Assembly: GCA_029259535.1 (NCBI GenBank)
Contig: JAPHEF010000002.1
Coordinates: forward strand, 11,308 to 75,307
DNA from: Candidatus Alkanophaga liquidiphilum
GTDB lineage: Archaea; Halobacteriota; Syntropharchaeia; Alkanophagales; B39-G2
Direction: 5' to 3'
Length of the DNA stretch: 64,000 nucleotides
Both the position numbers and the translations under genes were made by a program. Below, one piece after another: positions 8,471 to 17,243 of this stretch (within the stretch, counting starts at the first letter, position 1; each line of letters begins with the position of its first letter). The notes below the pieces were generated by a model. It was not told the DNA's origin. It saw nothing but the letters and a program-made list of their open reading frames with translations, and did no database searches.

Positions 8471-9808
8471 ATGAAGATGATCGTGCATGACGTATTAAGG
8501 GCTTTTGAGAAGATAAATGGATATACCATTTTGGTAAAGGGTAGTCCGGGAACTGGAAAGACGACGTTTGCTGTGACGTTACTTGAAGAAGTATGCTCAA
8601 AAGGTGGCGGGAAAGGGGTTTACATATCCACACGGGTGGACCCGGAAACACTCTACAAACAGTTTCCGAGAATAAGCGAGTTCGTGCCTGCGGGGAACAT
8701 ATTGGATGCCACACAGTCGGAGTTCGTTGAGGACAAATCAAAGCATTTGAGATACGAGGATTTTGCAAGTTTCTTGCGTGCAGTTTTCACAAAAGTTGAA
8801 GAGAAGGACGTTTCCATCCTGATCGTCGACAGTTGGGATGCCATACACTCGCAAATAGGCGGCGACGCAGAAAAGCTGAACGTCTCGATGCTTGATATCG
8901 CTCGGAAAACCGAGACCAACCTTGTGTTGATAAGCGAGAAGGAGGAAGAGGAGAAGCTCGACTACCTCGTAGACTGCATCCTGCTGTTCAAGCAGGAGCG
9001 AGAGGACGAGAGACTCGTGCGGCGTGTATTTATCCAGAAGATGCGGGGTATCCCGATAAAAGAGCAGATGAACTTGTTCACTTTACATGACGGACGGTTC
9101 ACGCATGTCACTTCCAACATAGCGCTTGTGAGAGCAAAAAAGGAGAGAATACCTAACAAGGACGCGCTATTCTCCTCGGGCATAATGGCGCTCGATGACA
9201 TCCTCGGAGGCGGCTACCCGAACGGCGGCTTCATACTGCTCGAAGTGGCGAAGGAAAGCGTGGGCTTAGAAAGCTATTGGCAAATAGTATTGCAGACCGT
9301 TGCCAACTTCCTACACAACGACATGGGCGTCCTTGTCATTCCTGAGGAGGGTTTAGATGCGGAGTTCATTAAAGAAAGCATCGCCAACTACGTCGAGGAA
9401 GCCAAGATACGCAATGTGAAAGTAATAAACGCTGATGCGGGCAGCGACAACCTGTCCGAATACTTCAACAGTTATATGGAAGAATATAATAAGCTTAAGG
9501 GCAAGGGTAAACACTGTCTGCACGTCATCGGACTCACGAAGATGAATTTCTTTGACGAAAATGACGTGCGCGTGCACCTTTCCGAGCTTATAGTGCGAAA
9601 TCACCACAACGGAGACCTAATGATAGGATTAATGAGACCTTCGACGGTATTGAGCGGCGAAATAAAAGAAATGGCAAGCATCTATCTTAAAATGACACAG
9701 ATAGATGGCGTCGTGTGTATGTATGGGATAAGACCAAGGACTTGCATATACGGACTTTCTCAGGAATTGGGGGAGTTTTTAGAGATAAAACTCACACCCA
9801 TCGTTTGA
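8471..9808 (+). CDS. KaiC/RecA-superfamily ATPase with two domains, the second degenerate
   Basis: 445 aa. Domain 1 has Walker A GSPGTGKT and Walker B-like ILIVDSWD. Domain 2 (SSGIMALDDILGGGYPNGGFILLE...) has the RecA-like fold signature but lacks an intact P-loop. Confidence 0.65.
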   Translation: MKMIVHDVLRAFEKINGYTILVKGSPGTGKTTFAVTLLEEVCSKGGGKGVYISTRVDPETLYKQFPRISEFVPAGNILDATQSEFVEDKSKHLRYEDFASFLRAVFTKVEEKDVSILIVDSWDAIHSQIGGDAEKLNVSMLDIARKTETNLVLISEKEEEEKLDYLVDCILLFKQEREDERLVRRVFIQKMRGIPIKEQMNLFTLHDGRFTHVTSNIALVRAKKERIPNKDALFSSGIMALDDILGGGYPNGGFILLEVAKESVGLESYWQIVLQTVANFLHNDMGVLVIPEEGLDAEFIKESIANYVEEAKIRNVKVINADAGSDNLSEYFNSYMEEYNKLKGKGKHCLHVIGLTKMNFFDENDVRVHLSELIVRNHHNGDLMIGLMRPSTVLSGEIKEMASIYLKMTQIDGVVCMYGIRPRTCIYGLSQELGEFLEIKLTPIV

Positions 9809-10259
9809 GGTCCCTTATTTTAATGGAGTTATTCCTATTATTGGCATTATTGGCATTTTTAGACGATTCTCCCTGCTTTGCCGCCCTCCTTTCTATAAGG
9901 GTCTTTATGCGGTCTTTTTCGGTCTTGCCCTCTTCTATCTCTTTTATTTTATCAAGGAACTCGAAGAGCGCCTTTGTGTATGGCGAGTCCTCGTTTATTT
10001 TTATGACCCTTGAGCGTCCGACAGTCACTTCTTTTAAGATTCCCGCCTTCAGCAGGTCTGAGACGACCTTGCGGACCGTGACGTGGCTCTTCCCCAACGC
10101 TTTCGTCAAGCCCGTGATATTGTCGAAATAACTCCCACCATTATAGAATAGCAGGATGGTCTTCACATGCGTGGGGCTTCCGAACATCTGCTTGATAACT
10201 TTCACATCCATGATTGTCCGTAACTTAGGATGATTTAAATATCTTTCTCTAATATTCAA
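9792..10259 (-). CDS. Winged-helix transcriptional regulator
   Basis: 155 aa. Central HTH-like segment (TKALGKSHVTVRKVVSDLLKAGILKEV) and a low-complexity NANNANNRNN tail. Convergent with, and overlapping, the KaiC-like gene 3' end by 17 bp. Confidence 0.55.
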   Translation of the reverse strand: MNIRERYLNHPKLRTIMDVKVIKQMFGSPTHVKTILLFYNGGSYFDNITGLTKALGKSHVTVRKVVSDLLKAGILKEVTVGRSRVIKINEDSPYTKALFEFLDKIKEIEEGKTEKDRIKTLIERRAAKQGESSKNANNANNRNNSIKIRDLKRWV

Positions 10260-10331
10260 AAAAATGCAGCCCCATTTCTAATAAATTTTCAAACATAGAA
10301 AACTATTTTAATATAATCCTCACATTTTTGC

Positions 10332-11510
10332 GTGATGCCTCGTAAACTGATACTTATTCCATGCGCACTGATGCTTGTGGCTTTGCTCCAGCCTGCTTTC
10401 ACATACACAGGCGGCGGCATCGGCGGCGTTGACGACGAATACGTGACGAGCCTCGTCATCACGCCGGCGAACGCCACCTTATTCGCTGGAAACGTGCAGC
10501 AGTTCACTGCATTCGCAACCGTGCTTGTCGAAAATGGCACCGAGACGAAGGACGTGACGCATAAGGTCAAATGGCGAGCCACCATCGGCGAGATTGATGA
10601 AAATGGCGTATTCCGGGCGCGTAAAGCTGGCGTCGGCGTCGTAAAGGCGATATATGGCACCATGTGTGACGAGGCGAGGGTCGTCGTGGAGCACGGTCCT
10701 GTCCACACCATTGAAATCACTGTGGAGAACAAAACTGTCATAAGTAGAGGGGGCGTGCGGAAAAATTCAAGGGTCTTTTTCGGGTTAAAAGCTTACGACC
10801 GCGAGGGGAACCCTTTCCTCGTGCCCGAAGCTTGTTGGGAATGCGATGACCCAGAAATCGGGCAGGTAAGCGAGGGGATTTTTACGTTTAACCAGTCTAA
10901 CCCGCTCCTCTTCGACGTGGAGACTGGAGAGTTCAACAGGTCATATCTGAACGGCTCAATTCCGCCACCTGAGAACGTGACTGTCACGAGGGACGTGATG
11001 ATTACGGCGTGGGTCGCCTCTGATAAAAAAGCCTCTGTCGTCCTAACGTTGCATGCGGGAAGCGGCGTCGGCGACGACTACGTGACCACGAACGCCACCG
11101 AAGACCCTGAAGAAACAGCGAGCGTGGATGTTGTCCCGAAAATAATGGCGATTCAGGTTATTGCCGCCAATAACTGGGATTTCGGCACCGTATATCCGGG
11201 GACGCCCACCGGCTGGTCGCCCGTCACTTTTAAAAACATAGGGACGTGCGACGTCATCGTCACGATAAAGCCCCCTGCTGCCGACAGCATTTTCAAATAT
11301 TTGGAGTTTAAGGACGCCGCCGGCGACATTTATGACGTGAGCGCTTTCAGCATACTGCTTGAGACGCAGCCGATATATGACGAAATGGGCAGGATTATCG
11401 GATTCTCCTCTGAAGAGGTGACGGTGGACGTCAGGTTGAACTTGCCACCTTCTTACAACTATCCAGAAAGCGTGAAAGAGGCCATAACTTACGTGCTTTC
11501 AGCGGTTTAA
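10332..11510 (+). CDS. Secreted protein with Big_2 (bacterial Ig-like) domains
   Basis: 392 aa. Signal peptide MMPRKLILIPCALMLVALLQPAFT. Two Big_2-like repeats (ITPANATLFAGNVQQFTAFA...VKAIYG). No TM anchor. Confidence 0.6.
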   Translation: MMPRKLILIPCALMLVALLQPAFTYTGGGIGGVDDEYVTSLVITPANATLFAGNVQQFTAFATVLVENGTETKDVTHKVKWRATIGEIDENGVFRARKAGVGVVKAIYGTMCDEARVVVEHGPVHTIEITVENKTVISRGGVRKNSRVFFGLKAYDREGNPFLVPEACWECDDPEIGQVSEGIFTFNQSNPLLFDVETGEFNRSYLNGSIPPPENVTVTRDVMITAWVASDKKASVVLTLHAGSGVGDDYVTTNATEDPEETASVDVVPKIMAIQVIAANNWDFGTVYPGTPTGWSPVTFKNIGTCDVIVTIKPPAADSIFKYLEFKDAAGDIYDVSAFSILLETQPIYDEMGRIIGFSSEEVTVDVRLNLPPSYNYPESVKEAITYVLSAV

Positions 11511-11511
11511 C

Positions 11512-13230
11512 GTGGTTAAAATGAGCGGTGCGGCTCTAACTGGCGTGCGCAAAGCATTTTTAATGCTATTACTGGTTGTAGGCGTGCTGCTACTCGTCAC
11601 AGCGGTCCAGACTACGCAAGCTGCGAGCATAATAGTGCCCGAGGAGGTAAAATTTGAGAGGTGTTACGAAAATGCCGTGAGCCGCACTGTAGTGATTTCA
11701 AGCATGGATTACGCGGGTAGAGTGCGTGTGAGCGACTTCTGGGCGGAGTGCGGCGTGGCTGAAAGAAATCCGCTGTTGCATAACAAAAGCGCTGACGACG
11801 TTGGCATTTCCATAACCTACGATGAAGAATTTTACATCTCAGAAATGCAGACCTACAGCCTGACCGTGAGCGTCAGCGCTGCGTCTCCGGACATTTATCA
11901 CGGCATGCTGCTCTTCGAGCCGCTGGACGCTGCCGGCGACATCATCATTGCAAGGGCGGTCTGGCTATTCGTAGACGCCCGTGCCGTCGTTCTTCAACAG
12001 CCGGAGTCCCCCACGAACAAAACGGACGTTGAAATCCAAGGACTCGCTCCTCGCAACACGTGCATCGAGATTTACGTGAATGCCGAGCTTGTGAACGTCG
12101 CCAGCTCCGACGAACATGGGAATCTCTCTGCGAAAGTGTCCCTTTGCGAAGGCACAAACGAGATATTCGCTAAAATTTCCGACGTGAACGTAACGTCAAA
12201 CGTCGTTACCGTGAAGTGTGATACCACTCCGCCAGAGCCGCCGAAGCTCGACGAGCCGCCTTCACCGGTATATAAAGAAGAAATAGAAATCACGGGGACG
12301 GCAGAGCCATATACCACTGTGAAAATTTTCATTAACGGCAACGTAAGCGGCGAGGCTCTGGTAGTGGCTAGCGGGCGGTTCGAGCTGGAAGTCACGCTTG
12401 TCAGAGGCAACAACACGATAACGGCTATTGCGGTCGACGACGCTGACAATCCGAGCAACGAATCGGCGCCCGTCTTCGTCGAATACAAGGAACGACCGAA
12501 AATAAGGTTAAGCGCAAACCGCACGGTGCTGCCGGCGAACGCCACTGCCTTACTGACCGCAACGATTTATGAAGGCGACGCCGTCGCCGCCTTGAACATA
12601 AGTGTGAAGTTCGAAGTATCCGGAAATGCAACGCTCTCGGCATACGAGGTAAACGCAACTAACGGAAAAGCTACAACTGAAATGCGAGCTACCAACGCCG
12701 GTGGCGGAAGTGTCACCATCACAGCGTCCTCGCCGGAAATGCCAGAAATTGAAAAGGGTTCCATAACGGTTACTTTCACTCCAAGCGAGGAACATGTTGA
12801 ACCAGAGACCCAGCCGTCCACAAACCAAACAGAGCCCCTCGAAAATACAATGTTCGCCGAAAACGCAACAGCGGCTGAAAACGCAACGAATGCCACCTCC
12901 AACGACGGCGAAGAGTCATCTTTCGCTGCATCCAATTTCGCAGCTTACAAGAAATCTTGGATTGCAGCACCTGCCGCCGTCATTGCTGTGGTTGCCGTTG
13001 TTATCTTTTTGTTAATGCGTCGGAATATTAAGGCTGAAAGCGAGACGGGAGGCGACATTAAATCAACATGGTCCGTTCTAAATGCCAATAGGAACAAGGA
13101 CGGCACGTACACGCTTAAAGTCAGCAAGGACGGCAAAGAAACCACGATACGAATAAGCAAAGCCTCTTACAAAAAGCTGAAGAAACAAGGTGGCTTGGAC
13201 ATCGGGGGACATTTTTTAAAACTTTTGTAA
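11512..13230 (+). CDS. Type-I membrane surface protein with Ig-like repeats, Pro-rich linker, C-terminal TM anchor and cytoplasmic tail
   Basis: 572 aa. Signal/TM at the N-terminus (LMLLLVVGVLLLVTAVQTTQA). TTPPEPPKLDEPPSP linker. Repeated beta-rich modules. TM helix AAPAAVIAVVAVVIFLL followed by a roughly 60-aa basic tail. Starts 1 bp after the upstream gene's stop, indicating an operon. Confidence 0.6.
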   Translation: MVKMSGAALTGVRKAFLMLLLVVGVLLLVTAVQTTQAASIIVPEEVKFERCYENAVSRTVVISSMDYAGRVRVSDFWAECGVAERNPLLHNKSADDVGISITYDEEFYISEMQTYSLTVSVSAASPDIYHGMLLFEPLDAAGDIIIARAVWLFVDARAVVLQQPESPTNKTDVEIQGLAPRNTCIEIYVNAELVNVASSDEHGNLSAKVSLCEGTNEIFAKISDVNVTSNVVTVKCDTTPPEPPKLDEPPSPVYKEEIEITGTAEPYTTVKIFINGNVSGEALVVASGRFELEVTLVRGNNTITAIAVDDADNPSNESAPVFVEYKERPKIRLSANRTVLPANATALLTATIYEGDAVAALNISVKFEVSGNATLSAYEVNATNGKATTEMRATNAGGGSVTITASSPEMPEIEKGSITVTFTPSEEHVEPETQPSTNQTEPLENTMFAENATAAENATNATSNDGEESSFAASNFAAYKKSWIAAPAAVIAVVAVVIFLLMRRNIKAESETGGDIKSTWSVLNANRNKDGTYTLKVSKDGKETTIRISKASYKKLKKQGGLDIGGHFLKLL

Positions 13231-13362
13231 AAAATTCTTCTTATTCGTTAAATAATTTGATTATTTTGAAATAAAATCTTCAATGAAGGGAAAATACTTT
13301 AGTATGATGGCGTAATTCATTGTCGTTAATTTGAAAGTGGGGGTGAGAACATCCGAAAGGAT
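13231..13362 (+). promoter_or_regulatory. AT-rich putative archaellin promoter region
   Basis: About 130 bp of under 30% GC with several TATA-like elements (TTAAATAATT, GAAATAAAAT, AAAATACTTTA) directly upstream of the first flaB. Confidence 0.3.
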
Positions 13363-13419
13363 ATAAGAAGTGGACGAAGGCGTAGGAAAGGCTTTACGGG
13401 GCTGGAAGCAGCGATCGTA

Positions 13420-14010
13420 TTGACGGCGTTCGTCGTCGTCGCCGCCGTCTTCAGCTACGTCGTCCTCAACGCCGGCTTCTTCACCACCCAGAAGAGCAAA
13501 GAGGTCGTCCACACCGGCGTCGAACAAGCCACCTCCAGCATCGAACTGACCGGTGATGTCGTGGGTTACGGCTGGACTTATAACAGCACTGCGGAACGCT
13601 ACGAAAACACGCTCGGCACAAACCTGACTGTCGTCAAGTTCTACTTGGAACTAACCGCCGGGCAGAACCCTATGGACATGGACGGGCTTGTAGTCTCCTA
13701 CACCGATAAAGACACGCACGTCGGCAATCTCACGTATAACGCAAGCGCCACAGGCACCAGCATGACAGGCAGCACTCTTGGGATGAAGATGGGCGAATGG
13801 CATTATTCCATCATAACAACGGCAGGATACGGCGACAACGATAATCTGCTCGAGCGGGGAGAGAAAGCCGAAATAACCGTTACGCTACCGGGCTATGGCG
13901 TCACGACGGATGAGCAGTTCATAATAGAGGTCAAACCCGCAAGCGGCGCAACAATCTCAATAACGAGGAGCGCACCGTCGTCTATAGACAAAGTGATGAA
14001 CCTGCATTGA
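13420..14010 (+). CDS. flaB: Archaellin (flagellin) FlaB/ArlB, copy 1; 5' end uncertain
   Basis: Class-III signal peptide and archaellin N-terminal helix AFVVVAAVFSYVVLNAGFFTTQKSKEVVHTGVEQATSSIEL. The open frame extends upstream to 13330 encoding ...RRRRKGFTGLEAAIVL (prepilin-peptidase site), but has no in-frame ATG/GTG/TTG before the TTG at 13420. Confidence 0.75.
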   Translation: MTAFVVVAAVFSYVVLNAGFFTTQKSKEVVHTGVEQATSSIELTGDVVGYGWTYNSTAERYENTLGTNLTVVKFYLELTAGQNPMDMDGLVVSYTDKDTHVGNLTYNASATGTSMTGSTLGMKMGEWHYSIITTAGYGDNDNLLERGEKAEITVTLPGYGVTTDEQFIIEVKPASGATISITRSAPSSIDKVMNLH

Positions 14011-14022
14011 GGAGGTGGATGG

Positions 14023-14754
14023 ATGAGAAAAAATATTTTTAACAACAAGAGGGGCTTTACGGGGCTGGAAGCCGCAATTGTATTGACCGCGTTCGTGGTG
14101 GTTGCTGCGGTTTTCAGCTACGTTGTGCTGAACGCCGGCTTCTTCACCACCCAGAAGAGCAAAGAGGTCGTCCACACCGGCGTCGAACAAGCCACCTCCA
14201 GCATCGAACTTGCTGGAACGGTCATTGGGCATGGCTGGGAGTATGGTGAGGTCGTCGGAAGCATCACGGGAACTACGAACGCCGTTGTCGGAACGTGGAA
14301 CCGCAGTACCTACACGAATCCCGACAACTACACAACGTACTGGTCATACTACGCGTGGAACGATACGAACAAGACGCAGCTCGACTCCACGAACCTGACG
14401 GTGGTAGAGTTCTACATTCAGCTAACAGCCGGGCAAAATCCGATAGCGTTGAACAAGCTGACGATAGCATACACCGATAAGGAACTGCACGAGGGCAATC
14501 TCACGTATTGCGCTTATGGAAACGCCTCTAAAGGGAACATGACGATGGGCTGTTGGAATTACACGATGGTCCAAGGGGATTCTGATAACTTGCTGGAGGC
14601 AAACGAGCAGGCGAAAATCATAGTTTCGCTGCCGGACTACGGCGTCACTGCGAACAAAGAATTCACGATAGAAGTGAAGCCAGCATCTGGAGCGTCCATT
14701 GCGATAGTGAAAAGAGCGCCAGTCTCCATACACAAATCGGACCCGCTGTATTAG
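14023..14754 (+). CDS. flaB: Archaellin FlaB/ArlB, copy 2
   Basis: 243 aa. MRKNIFNNKRGFTGLEAAIVLTAFVVVAAVFSYVVLNAGFFTTQKSKEVVHTG. Canonical class-III signal plus archaellin N-domain. Multiple N-x-S/T sequons. Confidence 0.9.
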   Translation: MRKNIFNNKRGFTGLEAAIVLTAFVVVAAVFSYVVLNAGFFTTQKSKEVVHTGVEQATSSIELAGTVIGHGWEYGEVVGSITGTTNAVVGTWNRSTYTNPDNYTTYWSYYAWNDTNKTQLDSTNLTVVEFYIQLTAGQNPIALNKLTIAYTDKELHEGNLTYCAYGNASKGNMTMGCWNYTMVQGDSDNLLEANEQAKIIVSLPDYGVTANKEFTIEVKPASGASIAIVKRAPVSIHKSDPLY

Positions 14755-14764
14755 GGGGTGGAAA

Positions 14765-15322
14765 ATGAGGGCGAAATTGAAATTTAAGAATAAGAAGGGC
14801 TTTACGGGGCTGGAAGCAGCGATCGTATTGACGGCGTTCGTCGTCGTCGCCGCCGTCTTCAGCTACGTCGTCCTCAACGCCGGCTTCTTCACCACCCAGA
14901 AGAGCAAAGAGGTCGTCCACACCGGCGTGACGCAAGCCACGTCGTCCGTCGAGTTGCTCGGCGATGTTATCGCTTATGGGAACACTACCAGCGGTAAGGT
15001 TGTGAACATAACCTTCACGTTGGCATTGACAGCCGGGCATCATCCCGTGGATTTGACTCCCGGGAAAACCGTTATCTCCTACTACGACGCCGATAGATAC
15101 GTGAACAACGCTACATGGACGCTCACGTTCGTCGGGGACCAGGAAACGGTGGACAACATTTTGGAGTTTGGAGAGAAGGCGGAGATAAGCGTGAATACGT
15201 CGGATTATACCTTGGAAAGAAACGAGCAGTTCACCATAGAAGTGAAGCCGCCAGAAGGTGCGACGCTGGCTATAACGCGAACGATACCACCAAGTGTTGA
15301 CACTGTGATGAATCTGCACTAA
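14765..15322 (+). CDS. flaB: Archaellin FlaB/ArlB, copy 3
   Basis: 185 aa. MRAKLKFKNKKGFTGLEAAIVLTAFVVVAAVFSYVVLNAGFFTTQKSKEVVHTGV. The N-terminal ~60 aa are near-identical to copies 1 and 2; the C-terminus is divergent. Confidence 0.9.
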   Translation: MRAKLKFKNKKGFTGLEAAIVLTAFVVVAAVFSYVVLNAGFFTTQKSKEVVHTGVTQATSSVELLGDVIAYGNTTSGKVVNITFTLALTAGHHPVDLTPGKTVISYYDADRYVNNATWTLTFVGDQETVDNILEFGEKAEISVNTSDYTLERNEQFTIEVKPPEGATLAITRTIPPSVDTVMNLH

Positions 15323-15324
15323 CT

Positions 15325-15352
15325 ATTTTTCTTTTTATTTTTTACTTGGTGA
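15325..15352 (+). terminator. T-rich archaeal terminator after flaB3
   Basis: CTATTTTTCTTTTTATTTTTTACTT, oligo-T runs immediately after the stop codon. Confidence 0.4.
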
Positions 15353-15358
15353 TGCGCT

Positions 15359-16246
15359 ATGGGTGGTGAGATAAAAGTAACAAATCTTGGTCATTTGGAA
15401 GAAGAAATGAAGCTTCTAAAGGGGGAAATTAAGAAGATACTCATAGACATTCGGGAGATCATGAACAACTTAGAGAATCCTTTTAGAAATATGGAAGTGA
15501 TAAAAGAGATGATAATGAGCGATGAACGAATAGAGGTATTGAAGAATGACATTCTTAAGAAGATAAAAGAAGGATACATAAAACCTGAGGTTGATTTGGA
15601 CAGATTTAAGGAGGAGATATTAGAAAAAATTGAGGAGGAGGCGAAAGCGAGGCTGAAAGAAGTTGTTAAAGATGCTCAAGTGAAAGAAATTTCGCCGGAG
15701 GCACTGGAGGCGGTGAAGGAAGAGATTATTAACGAGCTAACAGAGAGTTTGGAAAAGTTCGTGGAGGAGAGGTTAAATGCTGCTATGGAGCAAGTGAGGG
15801 CCGATGTGTCGAGTGCCGAAGAGCTGAAAGAGGAGATTGAGAGGGCGAGGGAGCGTCTAAAAAAGGAAGTGGGCAGAGACCTAAGCCACGAAGAGGAGAG
15901 GGCGTCGCCTACGAGAGAAGAGCGTATGGCTATTTTGAGGGGTAGGGCGTTGGAGTCGGGGATTGACGTTCAGAAATTGACTGAGCTCATGCTCTGGACG
16001 GACAGAATGCTTTCAATTATAGGACGGGAGCAGCTGAGCCGCATCCTTGAAATCTACACGCTCACCGGGAACATGCCTGAGAGCGTCAAAGAGCTTATAT
16101 TAAAGATTTCAGAACTTTCGGATAAGACTCCCAAGCGAGAGGTAAGCATGAGGGATTGCATACTTGCGGTCTACCATCTTAACAAGGTATTACGGGATGA
16201 AGGGCCTGACCCTTTGATATTATCGATGCTTGAGTGGGGGGAGTGA
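15359..16246 (+). CDS. flaD: Archaellum protein FlaC/D/E family (ArlCDE)
   Basis: 295 aa. N-terminal coiled coil (E/K-rich) and a C-terminal domain matching the conserved FlaD/E domain (LTELMLWTDRMLSIIGREQLSRILEIYTLTGNMPESVKELILKI). Sits in the fla operon directly after flaB. Confidence 0.65.
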   Translation: MGGEIKVTNLGHLEEEMKLLKGEIKKILIDIREIMNNLENPFRNMEVIKEMIMSDERIEVLKNDILKKIKEGYIKPEVDLDRFKEEILEKIEEEAKARLKEVVKDAQVKEISPEALEAVKEEIINELTESLEKFVEERLNAAMEQVRADVSSAEELKEEIERARERLKKEVGRDLSHEEERASPTREERMAILRGRALESGIDVQKLTELMLWTDRMLSIIGREQLSRILEIYTLTGNMPESVKELILKISELSDKTPKREVSMRDCILAVYHLNKVLRDEGPDPLILSMLEWGE

Positions 16247-16722
16247 GGGTGTCGGAAAGTGTTATAACTGCGGCAATCCTCACTATCGCCTCCGTCATAT
16301 GCGCCGTTGCTCTGATAAATGTTTTATATCCCTCGGTGGTGAGCGTTGGTGGCTCGTTCATAACAACTTCTTCTAAATTGAGCGATAAAATAAAAAGCGA
16401 TATAGAGATAATAAGCGAGGGGAATACCACTGATGTTGTTTACGTATGGGTAAAAAACGTAGGGAAAACCGAAATTCCACAGGTTGATAATTCGGACTTG
16501 TTTTTTGGGCTCGTAGATGATTTTCAAAGAGTAACTTATGACGAAAGCCTCTCTACGTCGCCAAGCTGGAATTTTACCATTGAAAATGACGACGGCGACG
16601 GGCGTTGGGACGTGGGCGAGACCATAAAAATTACAATCAACCAAACGGCAACGCCTGGGGATTATTATGTCAAATTTGTGATTTACAACGGTGTTTCGGA
16701 TGAAGATTTTTTCTCGATATGA
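16234..16722 (+). CDS. flaF: Archaellum stator protein FlaF (ArlF)
   Basis: 162 aa. N-terminal archaellin-like hydrophobic helix (ITAAILTIASVICAVALINVLYP) followed by a beta-rich domain. Operon position after flaCDE. Confidence 0.6.
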   Translation: MGGVRVSESVITAAILTIASVICAVALINVLYPSVVSVGGSFITTSSKLSDKIKSDIEIISEGNTTDVVYVWVKNVGKTEIPQVDNSDLFFGLVDDFQRVTYDESLSTSPSWNFTIENDDGDGRWDVGETIKITINQTATPGDYYVKFVIYNGVSDEDFFSI

Positions 16723-16736
16723 GGTGATGCCGGGTA

Positions 16737-17243
16737 ATGGGCTTCGGGGCTCTAATCGCAACGATAGTCGCCATGACGCTTCTGGTCTCTGCGATGTATG
16801 TATTTGTGGCAGGGGGGCATTTCATGAGTGAGACGTTGAACTGTGCGGTAAAGGAGATGCAATCGTTGAAAGGCGAGCAGATGCGGACGAAAATTGAAAT
16901 ATCAGATGTTAATATCTCAAGCAATACCGACATGAACGTCACTATTAACAACACAGGCGAGGAAAGGATTAGGGAATTTTCAAAAATGGACGTCATCGTC
17001 TCCTATTATTCGCAGCGAGGAAAGGAGGTGCGGTGGTTGCCATACACGCAGAGCACACCGCCGAAAAATGATACGTGGGCAGTTGTTAAAATACGTCCTG
17101 ATGAAATGAACCCCGGAATCTTAGACCCCGCCGAGGCACTGAACATATGGATAAGATTAAGCTCACCGCTGGATACGAATAAGAGCGGCTGGCTCGTCGT
17201 TGCCACGCCGAACGGCGTTAAAACGTCTTCATACCTCGGGTGA
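16737..17243 (+). CDS. flaG: Archaellum protein FlaG (ArlG)
   Basis: 168 aa. N-terminal TM helix (GALIATIVAMTLLVSAMYVFVAG) followed by a beta-sandwich-like domain. Operon position between flaF and flaH. Confidence 0.6.
   Translation: MGFGALIATIVAMTLLVSAMYVFVAGGHFMSETLNCAVKEMQSLKGEQMRTKIEISDVNISSNTDMNVTINNTGEERIREFSKMDVIVSYYSQRGKEVRWLPYTQSTPPKNDTWAVVKIRPDEMNPGILDPAEALNIWIRLSSPLDTNKSGWLVVATPNGVKTSSYLG

Noticed and set aside
9825-9860. Short ATTGGCATT tandem repeat
   Set aside because: It lies inside the C-terminal low-complexity NANNANN tail of the wHTH regulator. It is a trivial codon repeat.
12072-12970. Several 60-160-aa minus-strand ORFs inside the 572-aa surface-protein gene
   Set aside because: They are antisense to a long, well-supported ORF and are Arg/Ser-rich low-complexity translations typical of the opposite strand of GC-rich genes.
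14663-15319. 218-aa minus-strand ORF and other long antisense ORFs across the flaB genes (13957..14232, 14422..14733)
   Set aside because: They are mirror frames of the GC-rich, repetitive archaellin genes. They contain repeated AGVDDLFALLGGEEAGV segments that are simply the reverse translation of the conserved archaellin N-terminus.
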